NCBI GenBank assembly: GCA_038207785.1 | Contig: JBBQZK010000004.1 | Coordinates: 3,095-67,094 of the forward strand | DNA length: 64,000 bases | Direction of reading: 5' to 3' | Origin: Candidatus Limnocylindria bacterium | GTDB lineage: Bacteria > Chloroflexota > Limnocylindria > P2-11E | Shown: positions 46,974-56,163 of the stretch, one piece after another | Numbering within the stretch: the first letter of the stretch is position 1 | Layout: each line of letters begins with the position of its first letter | Notes under the pieces: generated by a model | Seen by the model: the letters and a program-made list of their open reading frames with translations, nothing else | Told to the model about the DNA's origin: nothing | Databases searched by the model: none | Position numbers and translations under genes: made by a program

Positions 46974-47212
46974 ACGGTCACCCGTCCTTCGGCGAGGTCC
47001 TTGAGACCACGCTGGATCGCGAGCTGCCAGAGCGCGCGCTCGGCCGCGTCTTCCAGCTCCAGGGCGTGGCGGTGCGCTTCCGGTGAGACGAGGTAGGCCA
47101 CGGTCTGGTTGTAGCGGCGCAGCTCCACCGGATGCCGCTTGACCTCGGCGAGGATGTCCGGACCTTTGGACTGCAGCTCGCTGACCTGCCTGATCGCCGC
47201 GTCGTCCGCCAC
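46922..47212 (-). CDS. Type II antitoxin, Phd/YefM family
   Basis: 96 aa (ILAEVKRHPVELRRYNQTVAYLVSPEAH...). It lies upstream of, and overlaps, the toxin gene. Confidence 0.7.
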   Translation of the reverse strand: MADDAAIRQVSELQSKGPDILAEVKRHPVELRRYNQTVAYLVSPEAHRHALELEDAAERALWQLAIQRGLKDLAEGRVTVWDEASAARLRAQFPGR

Positions 47213-47282
47213 GTCTGCCTCCTGCCGATCTCTTATGTAAGATGTTACCTAATCGTGGCCGGCGACCCGATTCAAGGTGCTG
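47213..47282 (-). promoter_or_regulatory. Probable toxin-antitoxin promoter/operator
   Basis: The only AT-rich segment nearby (tcttATGTAAgatgTTACctaatcg) lies directly upstream of the antitoxin start and has imperfect inverted symmetry. Confidence 0.3.
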
Positions 47283-48782
47283 CTAGCCGGATGCGCTCTG
47301 GTCGTCCATCTGGGCGCGCTGGAGCTTTCCGGAGAAGTCGACATAGATGGACTTCCACTCGGCGTATACGTCGAGTGCGGCGCGACCGGCCTCGCGGTGA
47401 CCGTTGCCCGTCGCCTTCGTCCCGCCGAACGGCAGCTGGATCTCCGCCCCGATCGTGCCCGCGTTGACGTACACGAGGCCGGTCTCCGCATCGCGCATGA
47501 ATCGGAACGCGTTGTTGATGTTCTTGGTGAAGATCGAGCACGAGAGGCCGTATTTCGTCGAGTTCACGACGCGGATGGCCTCGTCGATGTCCTTCACCTC
47601 GATGACCGCGGTGACCGGACCGAAGATCTCTTCTTGGGCGACACGCATGTTGGGTTTCACATCGACGAGGACCGTCGGCTCGTGGAAGAATCCCTTGCCG
47701 AGCGCGCCGTCCGTCGGGATGCGGCCGCCGGCGGCGACGGTCGCGCCCTCCTTCTCGGCGATCGGGATGTAGCTGTGGACCTTCTGCTGCGCGTCGAACG
47801 ACACGACCGGCCCGAGATCGGTGCCCGCGTCGAGCCCGTGACCCATCTTCATCTTCTTGGCCCGGCCGACGAGCCGGTCGATGAGCTCGTTCGCGACCGC
47901 GCGGTCGGTGATCACCCGCGACGCGGCCGTGCAGCGCTGGCCCGACGTACCGAAGGCCGACCAGACGATGCCCTCGAGGGCGAGGTCGAGATCGGCGTCC
48001 TCCATGACCACGATCGCGTTCTTGCCGCCCAGCTCGGCTGATACGCGCTTCAGCTGCTTGCCCGCGATCTCGCTGATGTGCGCGCCGACGTCGCTCGATC
48101 CGGTGAACGAGATGAGATCCACGCCGGCATGGGTGACGAGGGCGTCACCGAGCGCGCCGCCTGGTCCGAGCACGAGGTTGAGGACGCCCTTTGGCAGTCC
48201 GGCCTCCTCGAGCAGCTCGACGAGCCGGACCGCGAGCATCGGCGTGTACGACGCGGGCTTGAAGACGATCGTGTTGCCGAGCACGAGCGCGGGCATGATC
48301 TTCCAGGTCGGGATCGCGAACGGGAAATTCCACGGGGTGATCGCCGCGACGACGCCGAGCGGGACGCGCGTCGACATGGCCCACTTGTTCGGGAGCTCCG
48401 CCGGCACGACGTCCCCGAACTGGCGGCGGCCCTCGCCGGCCGTGTAGTAGGTCATGTCGATGCCCTCTTGGACATCGCCGCGGGCCTCCGCGAGGACCTT
48501 GCCCATCTCGGAGGTCATCTCGCGGGCGAGCTGGTCCTTGCGCTGGAGCATGAGCTCGCCGGCCTTGTAGAGGATCTCGCCGCGCTTCGGCGCGGGCACC
48601 AGGCGCCAGGACTCGAATGCCCGGCGCGCCGCGTCGACCGCGCGGTCGACATCGGCCTTGGTGGACTTCGTCGCTGTCGCGATGATCTGACCGGTGGCCG
48701 GATCGAGGTCCTCGAACGCCTCGCCGCTCGGCGAATCCGTCCAGCGGCCGTCGATGTAGTTCTGCAGATGCGGCGTGGCCAT
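47283..48782 (-). CDS. NAD(P)-dependent aldehyde dehydrogenase
   Basis: 499 aa with ALDH motifs (ITPWNFPF, FTGSSDVG, ELGGKNA, catalytic Cys in GQRCTAASR). Confidence 0.9.
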   Translation of the reverse strand: MATPHLQNYIDGRWTDSPSGEAFEDLDPATGQIIATATKSTKADVDRAVDAARRAFESWRLVPAPKRGEILYKAGELMLQRKDQLAREMTSEMGKVLAEARGDVQEGIDMTYYTAGEGRRQFGDVVPAELPNKWAMSTRVPLGVVAAITPWNFPFAIPTWKIMPALVLGNTIVFKPASYTPMLAVRLVELLEEAGLPKGVLNLVLGPGGALGDALVTHAGVDLISFTGSSDVGAHISEIAGKQLKRVSAELGGKNAIVVMEDADLDLALEGIVWSAFGTSGQRCTAASRVITDRAVANELIDRLVGRAKKMKMGHGLDAGTDLGPVVSFDAQQKVHSYIPIAEKEGATVAAGGRIPTDGALGKGFFHEPTVLVDVKPNMRVAQEEIFGPVTAVIEVKDIDEAIRVVNSTKYGLSCSIFTKNINNAFRFMRDAETGLVYVNAGTIGAEIQLPFGGTKATGNGHREAGRAALDVYAEWKSIYVDFSGKLQRAQMDDQSASG

Positions 48783-48952
48783 TCGTCCTCCCGTGGTCGC
48801 GACGCTGCGGCCCTAGTGCGCTCCATAGAAGAGCCAGATCGTGAGCCCACCGACGAAGATGATGCCGAGCACGATGAGCGCGAACGCGATGTTCGCCTGC
48901 CGCTCGGGATCGCTGCTGAAGTCCCTCATCGAGTGAGGCGCCTGGGGCGTGT

Positions 48953-49025
48953 GGAGCTGCGGGGATTCGAACCCCGGACCTCTTGAGTGCGATTCAAGCG
49001 CTCTACCAACTGAGCTACAGCCCCC
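48953..49025 (-). tRNA. tRNA-Ala (anticodon CGC)
   Basis: The reverse complement folds as GGGGCTG-TA-GCTC-AGTTGGTA-GAGC-G-CTTGA-ATCGCAC-TCAAG-AGGTC-CGGGG-TTCGAAT-CCCCG-CAGCTCC-A. It has G3:U70, a perfect 5-bp anticodon stem and anticodon CGC. The coordinates carry a ±1-nt uncertainty. Confidence 0.85.
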
Positions 49026-49096
49026 GGCGGGGGTGACGATGCGACAAATACGCCCGAAATCCGCTCACCGAGAGTCCCAGTGTATCGGGTCGGCCG

Positions 49097-50290
49097 TCAA
49101 GGATCCGGGACCGTGAAGGTGAAGACGCTTCCCTTGCCCGACTCGCTCTCGACCGACATCCTGCCGCCGTGCAGCTCGACGAACCTGCGGCTCAAGGTGA
49201 GGCCTAGGCCGGTGCCGATCTCGCGGCTCGTGATCTCGACCTGCGCGATCGCCGTCGCCAGCAGGCGACGCTGCCGCAGTGACGCTTTAGCGATCCGGGC
49301 GAACGCGAAGCTCCCCAGCAATAGGACCGCCACGAGCGCGAGCCGCAACGCGCGCTGCTGCCCGAGCGCGCCCGCCGTCTCGCTCTCGACGCCGCCAGCG
49401 GTCTGGACCGCGCTCACGGACCACCCCGGCTTCCCGTTGACGACGACCGGTGCCGAGGTGAGTAGTGCGACCGCTCCGCTCACCGGATCCCGCAGCTCAC
49501 CGGCGACTCTCGTGCCGGCCAGGATCTGTTCGATCGCCGGCGCGTCGCTCAGGTCGATCGGCTCCGTCGGCCGCTGCGCCGCTCGACCGATCAGATGGCC
49601 TGCGTCGTCCACGATGTAGAGGTCGTCGAACGGTCCGAGCTGCGACCGCAGGTGACCCGCCAGATCGTCGCCGCTCAGCTCGCCGAGGAGCACACCGATG
49701 GTCGACGGACGGTTCTGCTCGCCGATGGGTGCGGCGATGACTACGGGATGATCCAGGTACAACCGCTGCGCCGACGGCCTGAACGCGAGCGACGAGCCGG
49801 CGCGTGCCTGGAGGAAGTACGTCCGGTCCGCGACACTGGCCACCGCCGGTGCTGCCGTTCCGCCGGTGAAACCCGATACCGGTGTGACTGTCGCCAAAAC
49901 GGTGCCGGTGGGATCGACGACATCGATGGCGACGATGTCGGTGAACGCGGCCGCGTAATCGGGCGCAGTCAACGCGATCTTTATCTCGATCGTGTCCCCT
50001 GTGCGGACGCCGGAGATCAGCTGCGGGCGGTTGCAGCTACCGAGGCACGACCCAATGTTCTGGAGCTGTTGGATGGCGAGCGAAAGCTGCGTTTCGATCG
50101 CCTCGGCGCCACGCTCAGCCGCTTGCGCTCCGAGCGCGAGGCGCTCCGCCCGAAGCCTGTGCTGTGTGTCCGAAGCGGAGACCTCGCCCAGGATGAGGAT
50201 GGGAATGACGACGATCAGGCCGACCAGACCGACGAGCGCCCACGGTCTCGCAACGAGCCCATCCGCAGCGCGCTCGACGCTCCGACGCAC
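49097..50290 (-). CDS. Membrane sensor protein with extracytoplasmic (Cache-like) domain and a vestigial histidine-kinase C-terminus
   Basis: TM1, an extracytoplasmic domain of about 270 aa, TM2, then only about 55 aa ending in the HATPase_c G2-box region ([37 protein letters not shown]). HAMP, the HisKA H-box and the N/G1/F boxes are absent. Confidence 0.6.
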   Translation of the reverse strand: MRRSVERAADGLVARPWALVGLVGLIVVIPILILGEVSASDTQHRLRAERLALGAQAAERGAEAIETQLSLAIQQLQNIGSCLGSCNRPQLISGVRTGDTIEIKIALTAPDYAAAFTDIVAIDVVDPTGTVLATVTPVSGFTGGTAAPAVASVADRTYFLQARAGSSLAFRPSAQRLYLDHPVVIAAPIGEQNRPSTIGVLLGELSGDDLAGHLRSQLGPFDDLYIVDDAGHLIGRAAQRPTEPIDLSDAPAIEQILAGTRVAGELRDPVSGAVALLTSAPVVVNGKPGWSVSAVQTAGGVESETAGALGQQRALRLALVAVLLLGSFAFARIAKASLRQRRLLATAIAQVEITSREIGTGLGLTLSRRFVELHGGRMSVESESGKGSVFTFTVPDP

Positions 50291-50428
50291 GGGGAAACCC
50301 TACTCGGCCGCCCTCGGCATGCCGGGTGCATCCAGGCCGCCGATGGCCCGCTCGCGCGCGCTCTCCCGCATCCCGCTCCTCGGCCGGCGCACGCGCCGGC
50401 CGGAACGCTCGTCAACGTCATCCTGCGC

Positions 50429-50974
50429 GTGGCGATCCTCGCGATGACGGTCGATGCGCTCATCAACGGGAACGACGACCGGTATTCAGGCAAGTCCCTC
50501 GGGCCCCGCGACGTCCTGATCAGCTTCGGCTTCGCGATGGTGTTCCCGCTGTTCTGGAAGCTGCGCTATCAGAAGAAGGACTGGAGCGCGTACCCGTGGT
50601 GGTACGACGACCTCTACCTCTCGATCTTCTTCGTCGACATGCTGGGCAATTCGCTGAACCTCTACAACACCTGGGAGCACTGGGATCACATCCCGCACTT
50701 CCACGGTCCCGGCGCGCTCGCCCTCGTGATCGCGGGCGCGTTCGGCGAGCCGATCGTCTCGGCGATCGGCATCTCGACGCTGCTCCATGTGATCCTCGAG
50801 ATCCAGGAGTTCTACGGCGACGTCATCCTGCACACCCACAACGTGCGCGACACCCAGGACTCGATGAACGACCTGCTCTTCGGTGTGCTCGGAGTGCTCG
50901 TGTATGGCGCCATCTGGTACCGCGCGAGCTGGCTGCAGCGACGCGCCAAGCCGATGAAGCGGCCGAAGGCTTGA
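50429..50974 (+). CDS. Hypothetical integral membrane protein (about 180 aa)
   Basis: 3' part of ORF 49595..50974 starting at GTG 50429 or ATG 50444; the 5' part is antisense to the sensor gene. There are 4-5 TM helices, an aromatic-rich loop (WYDDLYLSIFFVDMLGNSLNLYNTWEHWDHIPHFHGP) and a basic C-terminal tail. Confidence 0.5.
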   Translation: MAILAMTVDALINGNDDRYSGKSLGPRDVLISFGFAMVFPLFWKLRYQKKDWSAYPWWYDDLYLSIFFVDMLGNSLNLYNTWEHWDHIPHFHGPGALALVIAGAFGEPIVSAIGISTLLHVILEIQEFYGDVILHTHNVRDTQDSMNDLLFGVLGVLVYGAIWYRASWLQRRAKPMKRPKA

Positions 50975-50977
50975 AGG

Positions 50978-51382
50978 CTACTCGATCTTCAGGACGATCG
51001 GCGCGTCGCCCCACAGACGCTCGAGCTTGTAGAGGTCGCGCTCTTCGGGAACGAACGCGTGGACCACGACGTCGCCAAGGTCGATGAGCACCCAGCGTCC
51101 CGAGCTATAGCCCTCGATGCCGACGGGCTGCTGACCCGCGGCCTTGGCCCGCTCCACGATGCCGTCGGCGATGCCCTGTACCTGCCGCTCGCCCCGGCCG
51201 CTGCACAGGACGAAGAAGTCCGCGATCGACGTGACCTCGGAGACGTTCATGACGAGGATGTCTTCGGCCTTCTTGTCGGTCGCCGCCTCGACGACGAGAT
51301 CGGCGAGCGCCCGCGGGCTCAGGTCGTTCGCGACGTCGGTCCCTCCGCGCGGTACAGGCCGCGCGCCTCGATGTGCTTCCAC
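50978..51382 (-). CDS. rsfS: Ribosomal silencing factor RsfS (Iojap)
   Basis: LADLVVEAATDKKAEDILVMNVSEVTSIADFFVLCSGRGERQVQGIADGI...VLIDLGDVVVHAF. The start may be internal. Confidence 0.8.
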   Translation of the reverse strand: MEAHRGARPVPRGGTDVANDLSPRALADLVVEAATDKKAEDILVMNVSEVTSIADFFVLCSGRGERQVQGIADGIVERAKAAGQQPVGIEGYSSGRWVLIDLGDVVVHAFVPEERDLYKLERLWGDAPIVLKIE

Positions 51383-51903
51383 GCGGGGTCAGGGACAAGG
51401 TACCGCAGGGATAGACCCCGGGCCGCTCGCGCCCGCAGCTCGCGCGAGCTGATGTCCAGGCGGGGAGCGTCGAATGTGACGATCGGCGCGTTCCCGATGC
51501 GCTCGGGCGCGCCAGGGCGGTCGGCGACGACGAGCGTCGCGAGCTCCGCGATGCGCTCGGGATCCTTCCACCGCGGCAGGTCGGCGATCGCGTCGCTCCC
51601 GAGGATGAGGAACAGCTGATCCGCGCCGGCGAGCGCGGCGAGCGTGTCGACCGTGTACGAGGGCCCCTCGCGGTCGAGCTCCGCGCGCGACACCGCGAAC
51701 CGGGGCTCGCCGGCGACCGCCAGCTCGAGCATCGTGAGACGGTCCGTTTCGCTGGCCACGGGCCCGCGATCCTTCAGTGGCGACCGCCGGGCCGGCACGA
51801 AGAGCACGCGGTCGAGCGGGACGGATCCGAGCGCAGCGTGCGCGATGGCGAGGTGGCCCACGTGCACCGGGTCGAACGTGCCGCCGAACACCCCGACCCT
51901 CAC
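51319..51903 (-). CDS. nadD: Nicotinate-nucleotide adenylyltransferase
   Basis: GTG at 51903 (residue 100 of the listed ORF) gives VRVGVFGGTFDPVHVGHL with the (H/T)xGH motif. It overlaps the obgE stop (GTGA). The 5' 99 codons of the listed ORF are artefact. Confidence 0.85.
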   Translation of the reverse strand: MRVGVFGGTFDPVHVGHLAIAHAALGSVPLDRVLFVPARRSPLKDRGPVASETDRLTMLELAVAGEPRFAVSRAELDREGPSYTVDTLAALAGADQLFLILGSDAIADLPRWKDPERIAELATLVVADRPGAPERIGNAPIVTFDAPRLDISSRELRARAARGLSLRYLVPDPAWKHIEARGLYRAEGPTSRTT

Positions 51904-53162
51904 TGCGGCCCGCCCTCCGTCCACTCGAGGTCCTTCACGCCGATCCGCACGGTGTCGCCGTTGTGCACGCCAAGACGTCGCAGCTCCTTCTCGACCCCGT
52001 TCTTCTGCAGCAGCTGCTGGAAGTACGCGGCTGCGTCCGGGCTCTCCCAGTCGATGCCCGCAGCCAGCCGTTCGACGCGGTCCCCTTGCACGCGGAATCC
52101 GTCCTTCTCCTTCTTGACGGTCCAATCGCGACCGCCGCGGCTGAACGCGATACGCCGTTCCGCTGGGGCAAAGTGCGAAGCGACCGCACGCGGTGCACAC
52201 GCCGCGAAGATCCGCTTGAGGAGATCGGGCACGTGCTCGCCGGTCGCCGCCGACATCGCGAGCGCGGTCGGTCCGAGCTGCTTCGCGACCGCGGCGGCGC
52301 GTTCGCGCGCCTCGAAGAGGTCGAGCTTGTTGAGGGCGAAGATCCGGGGCCGCTCCATCAGGCCGCGGCCATACGCGCCAAGCTCGTGGTCCACCACCGC
52401 GATGTCGGCGATGGGGTCGGCCAGCGCGAGATCGACGACGTGCACGATCAGGCGCGTCCGTTCGATGTGGCGGAGGAACTCCTCCCCGAGCCCCGCACCG
52501 GTGTGCGCGCCCTCGATCAGTCCCGGAATATCGGCGACGACGAGCTCGCGATCATCGAGGCGCGCGACCCCGAGGTTCGGCGTCAGGGTGGTGAACGGGT
52601 AGTTGGCGATCTTCGGTGTCGCGCGGGTCAACGCGGCGAGCAGCGAGGACTTGCCGGCGTTCGGGAGTCCCACGAGACCAACATCCGCGATGAGCTTCAG
52701 CTCGAGGTCCAGCTCGTGCGAATCGCCCGGTGACCCGTCCTCCGCGATGCGCGGCACGCGGCGCGTGCTCGACACGAACCGCGCGTTGCCCTTCCCGCCC
52801 TGCCCGCCGCGGGCCACGACGATCTCCTCATCGGGCGTCATGAGATCGGCCACGCGTTCGCCCGTCGCGCGATCGACGACGATCGTGCCCTCCGGGACCC
52901 GCACGACCAGGTCGGAGCCCGCCTTGCCGCTCTTGTTCTTTCCCCCGCCCGCCGCGCCGCTCTCGGCCTCGAGCGTCTTCCGGAACCGGAACTCGGAGAG
53001 CGTCGTCATGCCGCTGTCGACGCGGAGGATCACGCTGCCGCCGCGCCCGCCATCCCCGCCGTCCGGACCGCCGCGCGGCACATGGGCTTCGCGGCGGAAT
53101 GAGATGACGCCGCGGCCGCCATCCCCGCCCTTCACGACCAAGTGCGCGCGATCGAGGAACAC
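51900..53162 (-). CDS. obgE: GTPase ObgE/CgtA
   Basis: 3' 422 codons of listed ORF 51900..54155. GTG at 53162 gives (M)FLDRAHLVVKGGDGGRGVISFRRE, followed by the Obg fold, G1-G4 motifs (GLPNAGKSSLL, DIPGLIEGA, NKLD) and a C-terminal OCT domain. Confidence 0.9.
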   Translation of the reverse strand: MFLDRAHLVVKGGDGGRGVISFRREAHVPRGGPDGGDGGRGGSVILRVDSGMTTLSEFRFRKTLEAESGAAGGGKNKSGKAGSDLVVRVPEGTIVVDRATGERVADLMTPDEEIVVARGGQGGKGNARFVSSTRRVPRIAEDGSPGDSHELDLELKLIADVGLVGLPNAGKSSLLAALTRATPKIANYPFTTLTPNLGVARLDDRELVVADIPGLIEGAHTGAGLGEEFLRHIERTRLIVHVVDLALADPIADIAVVDHELGAYGRGLMERPRIFALNKLDLFEARERAAAVAKQLGPTALAMSAATGEHVPDLLKRIFAACAPRAVASHFAPAERRIAFSRGGRDWTVKKEKDGFRVQGDRVERLAAGIDWESPDAAAYFQQLLQKNGVEKELRRLGVHNGDTVRIGVKDLEWTEGGPQ

Positions 53163-53164
53163 GT

Positions 53165-54358
53165 TTACGCGGCCAGCCGTACGTGCGCGGCATCGGAGCG
53201 GAGCCGATCGAGCATTGCCGCGACGCCGATGGTCCCGGCGGCGGGGATGCGTGCGAGCAGCGCGTATGGATCGGCCGCCAGATCCGTGAGCCGCACGTCG
53301 GTACCTGGGGGCAGCTCGCCGAGCAACGCCACCATCGCGCGGATCTCGGTCTCCCGATCGGTCAGTCCGGGCAGCGACAGCAGCTCGATCGTGATCGCCA
53401 CCTGACGCGCCGCCGCCGCACGGACGGCCGCCCGGACGTCGTTCCAGCGGAAGCCAGCCGGACGATGGACGCTTTCGTACATCGGCCCGTCGGCGGAGGC
53501 GATCCGCACGACGACCCGATCGACGCCGGCCTCGACCGCCCGCCCGAGCGCCACCGCCGATGCCGCGCTCGTCCGGATCGCGATCTCGCCCGTCGCGTTC
53601 GCCGAGCGGATCCGCGCCGTGACGTCGACGACGGCCCGCACGATCAGAAGCGGCTCGCCCTCGCAGGCGTGCCCGAACGACACACTCGCGCCGCCCGCGC
53701 CGAAGTGCGCGATCGCGACCGCGGCCGCGTCGGCTGCGGGCGACCGGAAGGCCACCGGGTCGAGCGGCGCCCGCTCCTCGCGCCGGCGCAGCGCCACGAC
53801 CGGCGCCGCGTCGTCGTTGCGCGGCGCCCCGAGGGGAAGCGCGCAGTCGCCGGTGCCCAGGAACGCGTTGCGCGCGGCCTGGCACCGGTACTCGCGGGCG
53901 CAGCGGGCCAGCTGGCGCAGCAGCATGTTGGAGGGCTCCGCGCGCAGCCGGCGGGTGATCGCGGGGCCCACGTCGTCGAGCGCGCGCGGCGCGATCTCGG
54001 TCACCCGGATGCCTGCCAGCACGAGCTCCCCGCCGGCGTCCGCCGCCACCGCGGTGTAGGGCAGGGCGTCCAGCGGGGCCGGATCGCTGGCCGCGTCGAT
54101 CGACGGCACGTGCGTGCGCAGATACCCGGGCTGCGGGATCGCGGCGACCGCCCAACGCGCCGGCCCGAGCGATCGGGGCAGCGACCGCCGGTCAAGGCCC
54201 ATCGCGGCGCGATCGGCGAGGGGCACCAGCTGCGTCCCGGCCGGCAGCGGGATCGCCCGATCGAGTGCAGCCGGCCCGCCGCCGTCCTGCGCCGTGGCGC
54301 CGTAGTCGGCGGCGACGAAGACGCGCCCGGAGCGATCGGTATGGACAGCTTGGTACAC
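53165..54358 (-). CDS. Hypothetical protein with Cys cluster (possible non-canonical radical-SAM-like enzyme)
   Basis: 397 aa with a C-x5-C-x12-C cluster (CAREYRCQAARNAFLGTGDC) and a glycine-rich GGE-like segment (FGHACEGEPLL). The TAA stop lies 3 nt before the obgE start. The family assignment is inference only. Confidence 0.45.
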   Translation of the reverse strand: MYQAVHTDRSGRVFVAADYGATAQDGGGPAALDRAIPLPAGTQLVPLADRAAMGLDRRSLPRSLGPARWAVAAIPQPGYLRTHVPSIDAASDPAPLDALPYTAVAADAGGELVLAGIRVTEIAPRALDDVGPAITRRLRAEPSNMLLRQLARCAREYRCQAARNAFLGTGDCALPLGAPRNDDAAPVVALRRREERAPLDPVAFRSPAADAAAVAIAHFGAGGASVSFGHACEGEPLLIVRAVVDVTARIRSANATGEIAIRTSAASAVALGRAVEAGVDRVVVRIASADGPMYESVHRPAGFRWNDVRAAVRAAAARQVAITIELLSLPGLTDRETEIRAMVALLGELPPGTDVRLTDLAADPYALLARIPAAGTIGVAAMLDRLRSDAAHVRLAA

Positions 54359-54410
54359 CGGCCAAGTATGAGAAGCGGCGCGGGGACGCGGAGCCGGGCG
54401 CGGGAGTCGG

Positions 54411-55511
54411 TTAGGGCTGGACGGTCAGCGGGTTCACGAAGCGGCCTGCGATCCGGGTCTCCCAGTGGACGTGGGGACCCGTGGTCACGCCGCTGAGCCC
54501 GATCGCGCCGATCACCTGCCCGACGGTCACCTCTGTGCCGACGGGATAGAGCGCGGCGCTCATGTGGTAGAAGCACTCATCGAGATTGCCGCTCTTCACG
54601 CAGATGTGCAGGCCGCCGACGGCGACCCAGCCGTTCTCGCTGATCACGCCATTGAGGCCGGATGCGAGGCCGCTGCCAAAAGGCGCGGCGATGTCCACGC
54701 CGGTGTGTCCGGCCCACATGTACTGGCTGAGGTAGCCCGCGACCGGCCAGGCGAGGTATCCGGCGGCGCCCGCTGTCGGCGCGGTCCCGGAGGGGCGCGT
54801 GATAACGCTTGCCGCGGCCGCGGCCGCCGCGCTCGCCGCCGCCGCCGGCGGCGGCAGGCTCGGGAGCGTCGCGTTGGGGACGAAGATGGACTGGCCCGGA
54901 GCGAAGTTGCTCTCCTCGAAGTAGAGGCGGTTGTACGTCTTGATCTCGCCCGCGTCCACCTTGAAGCGGGCCGCGACGGAGTCGACGGTGTCACCGTTCG
55001 CGACCGTGTAGAGCGCGCCCTGGCTCGGCGGGATCACGATGCGGCGCCCGAGGTCCAGGTGATAGGGGTCGGTGATCCCGTTGGCGAACGCGATGGTCTC
55101 GGCCGAGAGGCCGTAGTAGTTCGCGATCGTCCAGAGCGTGTCGCTCGCCGAGAGCGTGTACTCGCTCGTCGCGGGCGCCGCCTGAGACTGCACCGTGAGC
55201 GGATTGCGTGCGGCACTGATGGTGGTGCCTCGAGCCTGCGGCGCCGCACGACTGAGCAAGGGGCCGCCCTCCACCGGCGCGAGGCTGGTCGATCCGGTCG
55301 GCGCGCTGAACTGCGATGCCTGTGTCGGTCGCGCGGCGGCGCTCGCCATGAACGGGAGGGCCATCACGATCGTCGCGACCATGAGATTCACGACGACGAA
55401 CAGGGCGCGCCGGCCGAGCTGCCGGGAGCTGATCGTTGAGAGGCGCTCGATCGTGTCGCCGGCCGCGCGGACGAGCACCCCGAAGGGCATCGTGATCCGT
55501 CCCGCCGTCAT
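54411..55511 (-). CDS. LysM-domain M23-family peptidase
   Basis: Start at MTAGR (residue 54) or MPFGV. A TM anchor is followed by two LysM repeats (YTLSASDTLWTIANYYG, YTVANGDTVDSVAARF) and a C-terminal LytM catalytic domain (HTGVDIAAPFGS...GPHVHWE). Confidence 0.8.
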   Translation of the reverse strand: MTAGRITMPFGVLVRAAGDTIERLSTISSRQLGRRALFVVVNLMVATIVMALPFMASAAARPTQASQFSAPTGSTSLAPVEGGPLLSRAAPQARGTTISAARNPLTVQSQAAPATSEYTLSASDTLWTIANYYGLSAETIAFANGITDPYHLDLGRRIVIPPSQGALYTVANGDTVDSVAARFKVDAGEIKTYNRLYFEESNFAPGQSIFVPNATLPSLPPPAAAASAAAAAAASVITRPSGTAPTAGAAGYLAWPVAGYLSQYMWAGHTGVDIAAPFGSGLASGLNGVISENGWVAVGGLHICVKSGNLDECFYHMSAALYPVGTEVTVGQVIGAIGLSGVTTGPHVHWETRIAGRFVNPLTVQP

Positions 55512-55792
55512 GACCGTCGGCCGCTTGAGCGTCGCCCTCAATACCTGACCCTCCCCGCGTACGCGAATGCCGCTGTGCGCGCCGGCGTTGATGGCACCGG
55601 ATCCCAATGAAAGGCGTGTACGCATTGCGTACTCGTCGATCGGGGATGGTCGCACCGTACCAAGGCACATCGCGATGTGTCAACCGCGCAACGGGGGGGT
55701 GTCGTTATGGCAACTGGGACTTTTGGGTAGGCGTGCCCCGCCGAATGGGCGCGGTTTGCGGCGATCTGAGGGCGTTCGTACGCTACGACCGC

Positions 55793-56158
55793 ATGCCCGA
55801 CTACAACCTGTCGTATTTCTATGTCTTCGCGTTCTTCATCGTCGGCGCGGGCTTCGTCACCGTATTGCTCGGCATCTCACGTCTTGTCGCTCCGCGGAAA
55901 CCGTCCCTCGAGAAGTCCCGGACGTACGAATCCGGCGAAGAGCCGGTCGGCCAAGCATGGGGCCGATACCCCAGCCACTTCTACATCTTCGCGCTGCTCT
56001 TCGTCGTCTTCGACGTCGAGGTGATCTTCCTGTTCCCGTGGGCGGTGCTGTTCAGATCGCTCGGCTGGAACGGCCTCATCGAGATGTTCGTGTTCATCCT
56101 CATCCTCGTGGTCGGCCTCTTCTACGCGTGGCGCAAACAGGTCCTGCGGTGGTACTGA
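55793..56158 (+). CDS. nuoA: NADH-quinone oxidoreductase subunit A
   Basis: 121 aa ([22 protein letters not shown]...[34 protein letters not shown]). ATG is at residue 63 of listed ORF 55607. Confidence 0.85.
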   Translation: MPDYNLSYFYVFAFFIVGAGFVTVLLGISRLVAPRKPSLEKSRTYESGEEPVGQAWGRYPSHFYIFALLFVVFDVEVIFLFPWAVLFRSLGWNGLIEMFVFILILVVGLFYAWRKQVLRWY

Positions 56159-56163
56159 CCCCG

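Noticed and set aside
51895-51905. Possible obgE-nadD read-through or frameshift
   Set aside because: My first manual reading of the line break suggested an extra C fusing the two frames. Re-reading the text together with the ORF track shows separate frames with a normal GTGA stop/start overlap, so this was a transcription slip on my side.
53163-54155. Listed 751-aa ORF 51900..54155 as a single giant GTPase
   Set aside because: Only the C-terminal 422 aa match ObgE, from (M)FLDRAHLVVKGGDGG. The upstream 329 codons are Arg/Gly/Asp artefact antisense to the real 397-aa gene.
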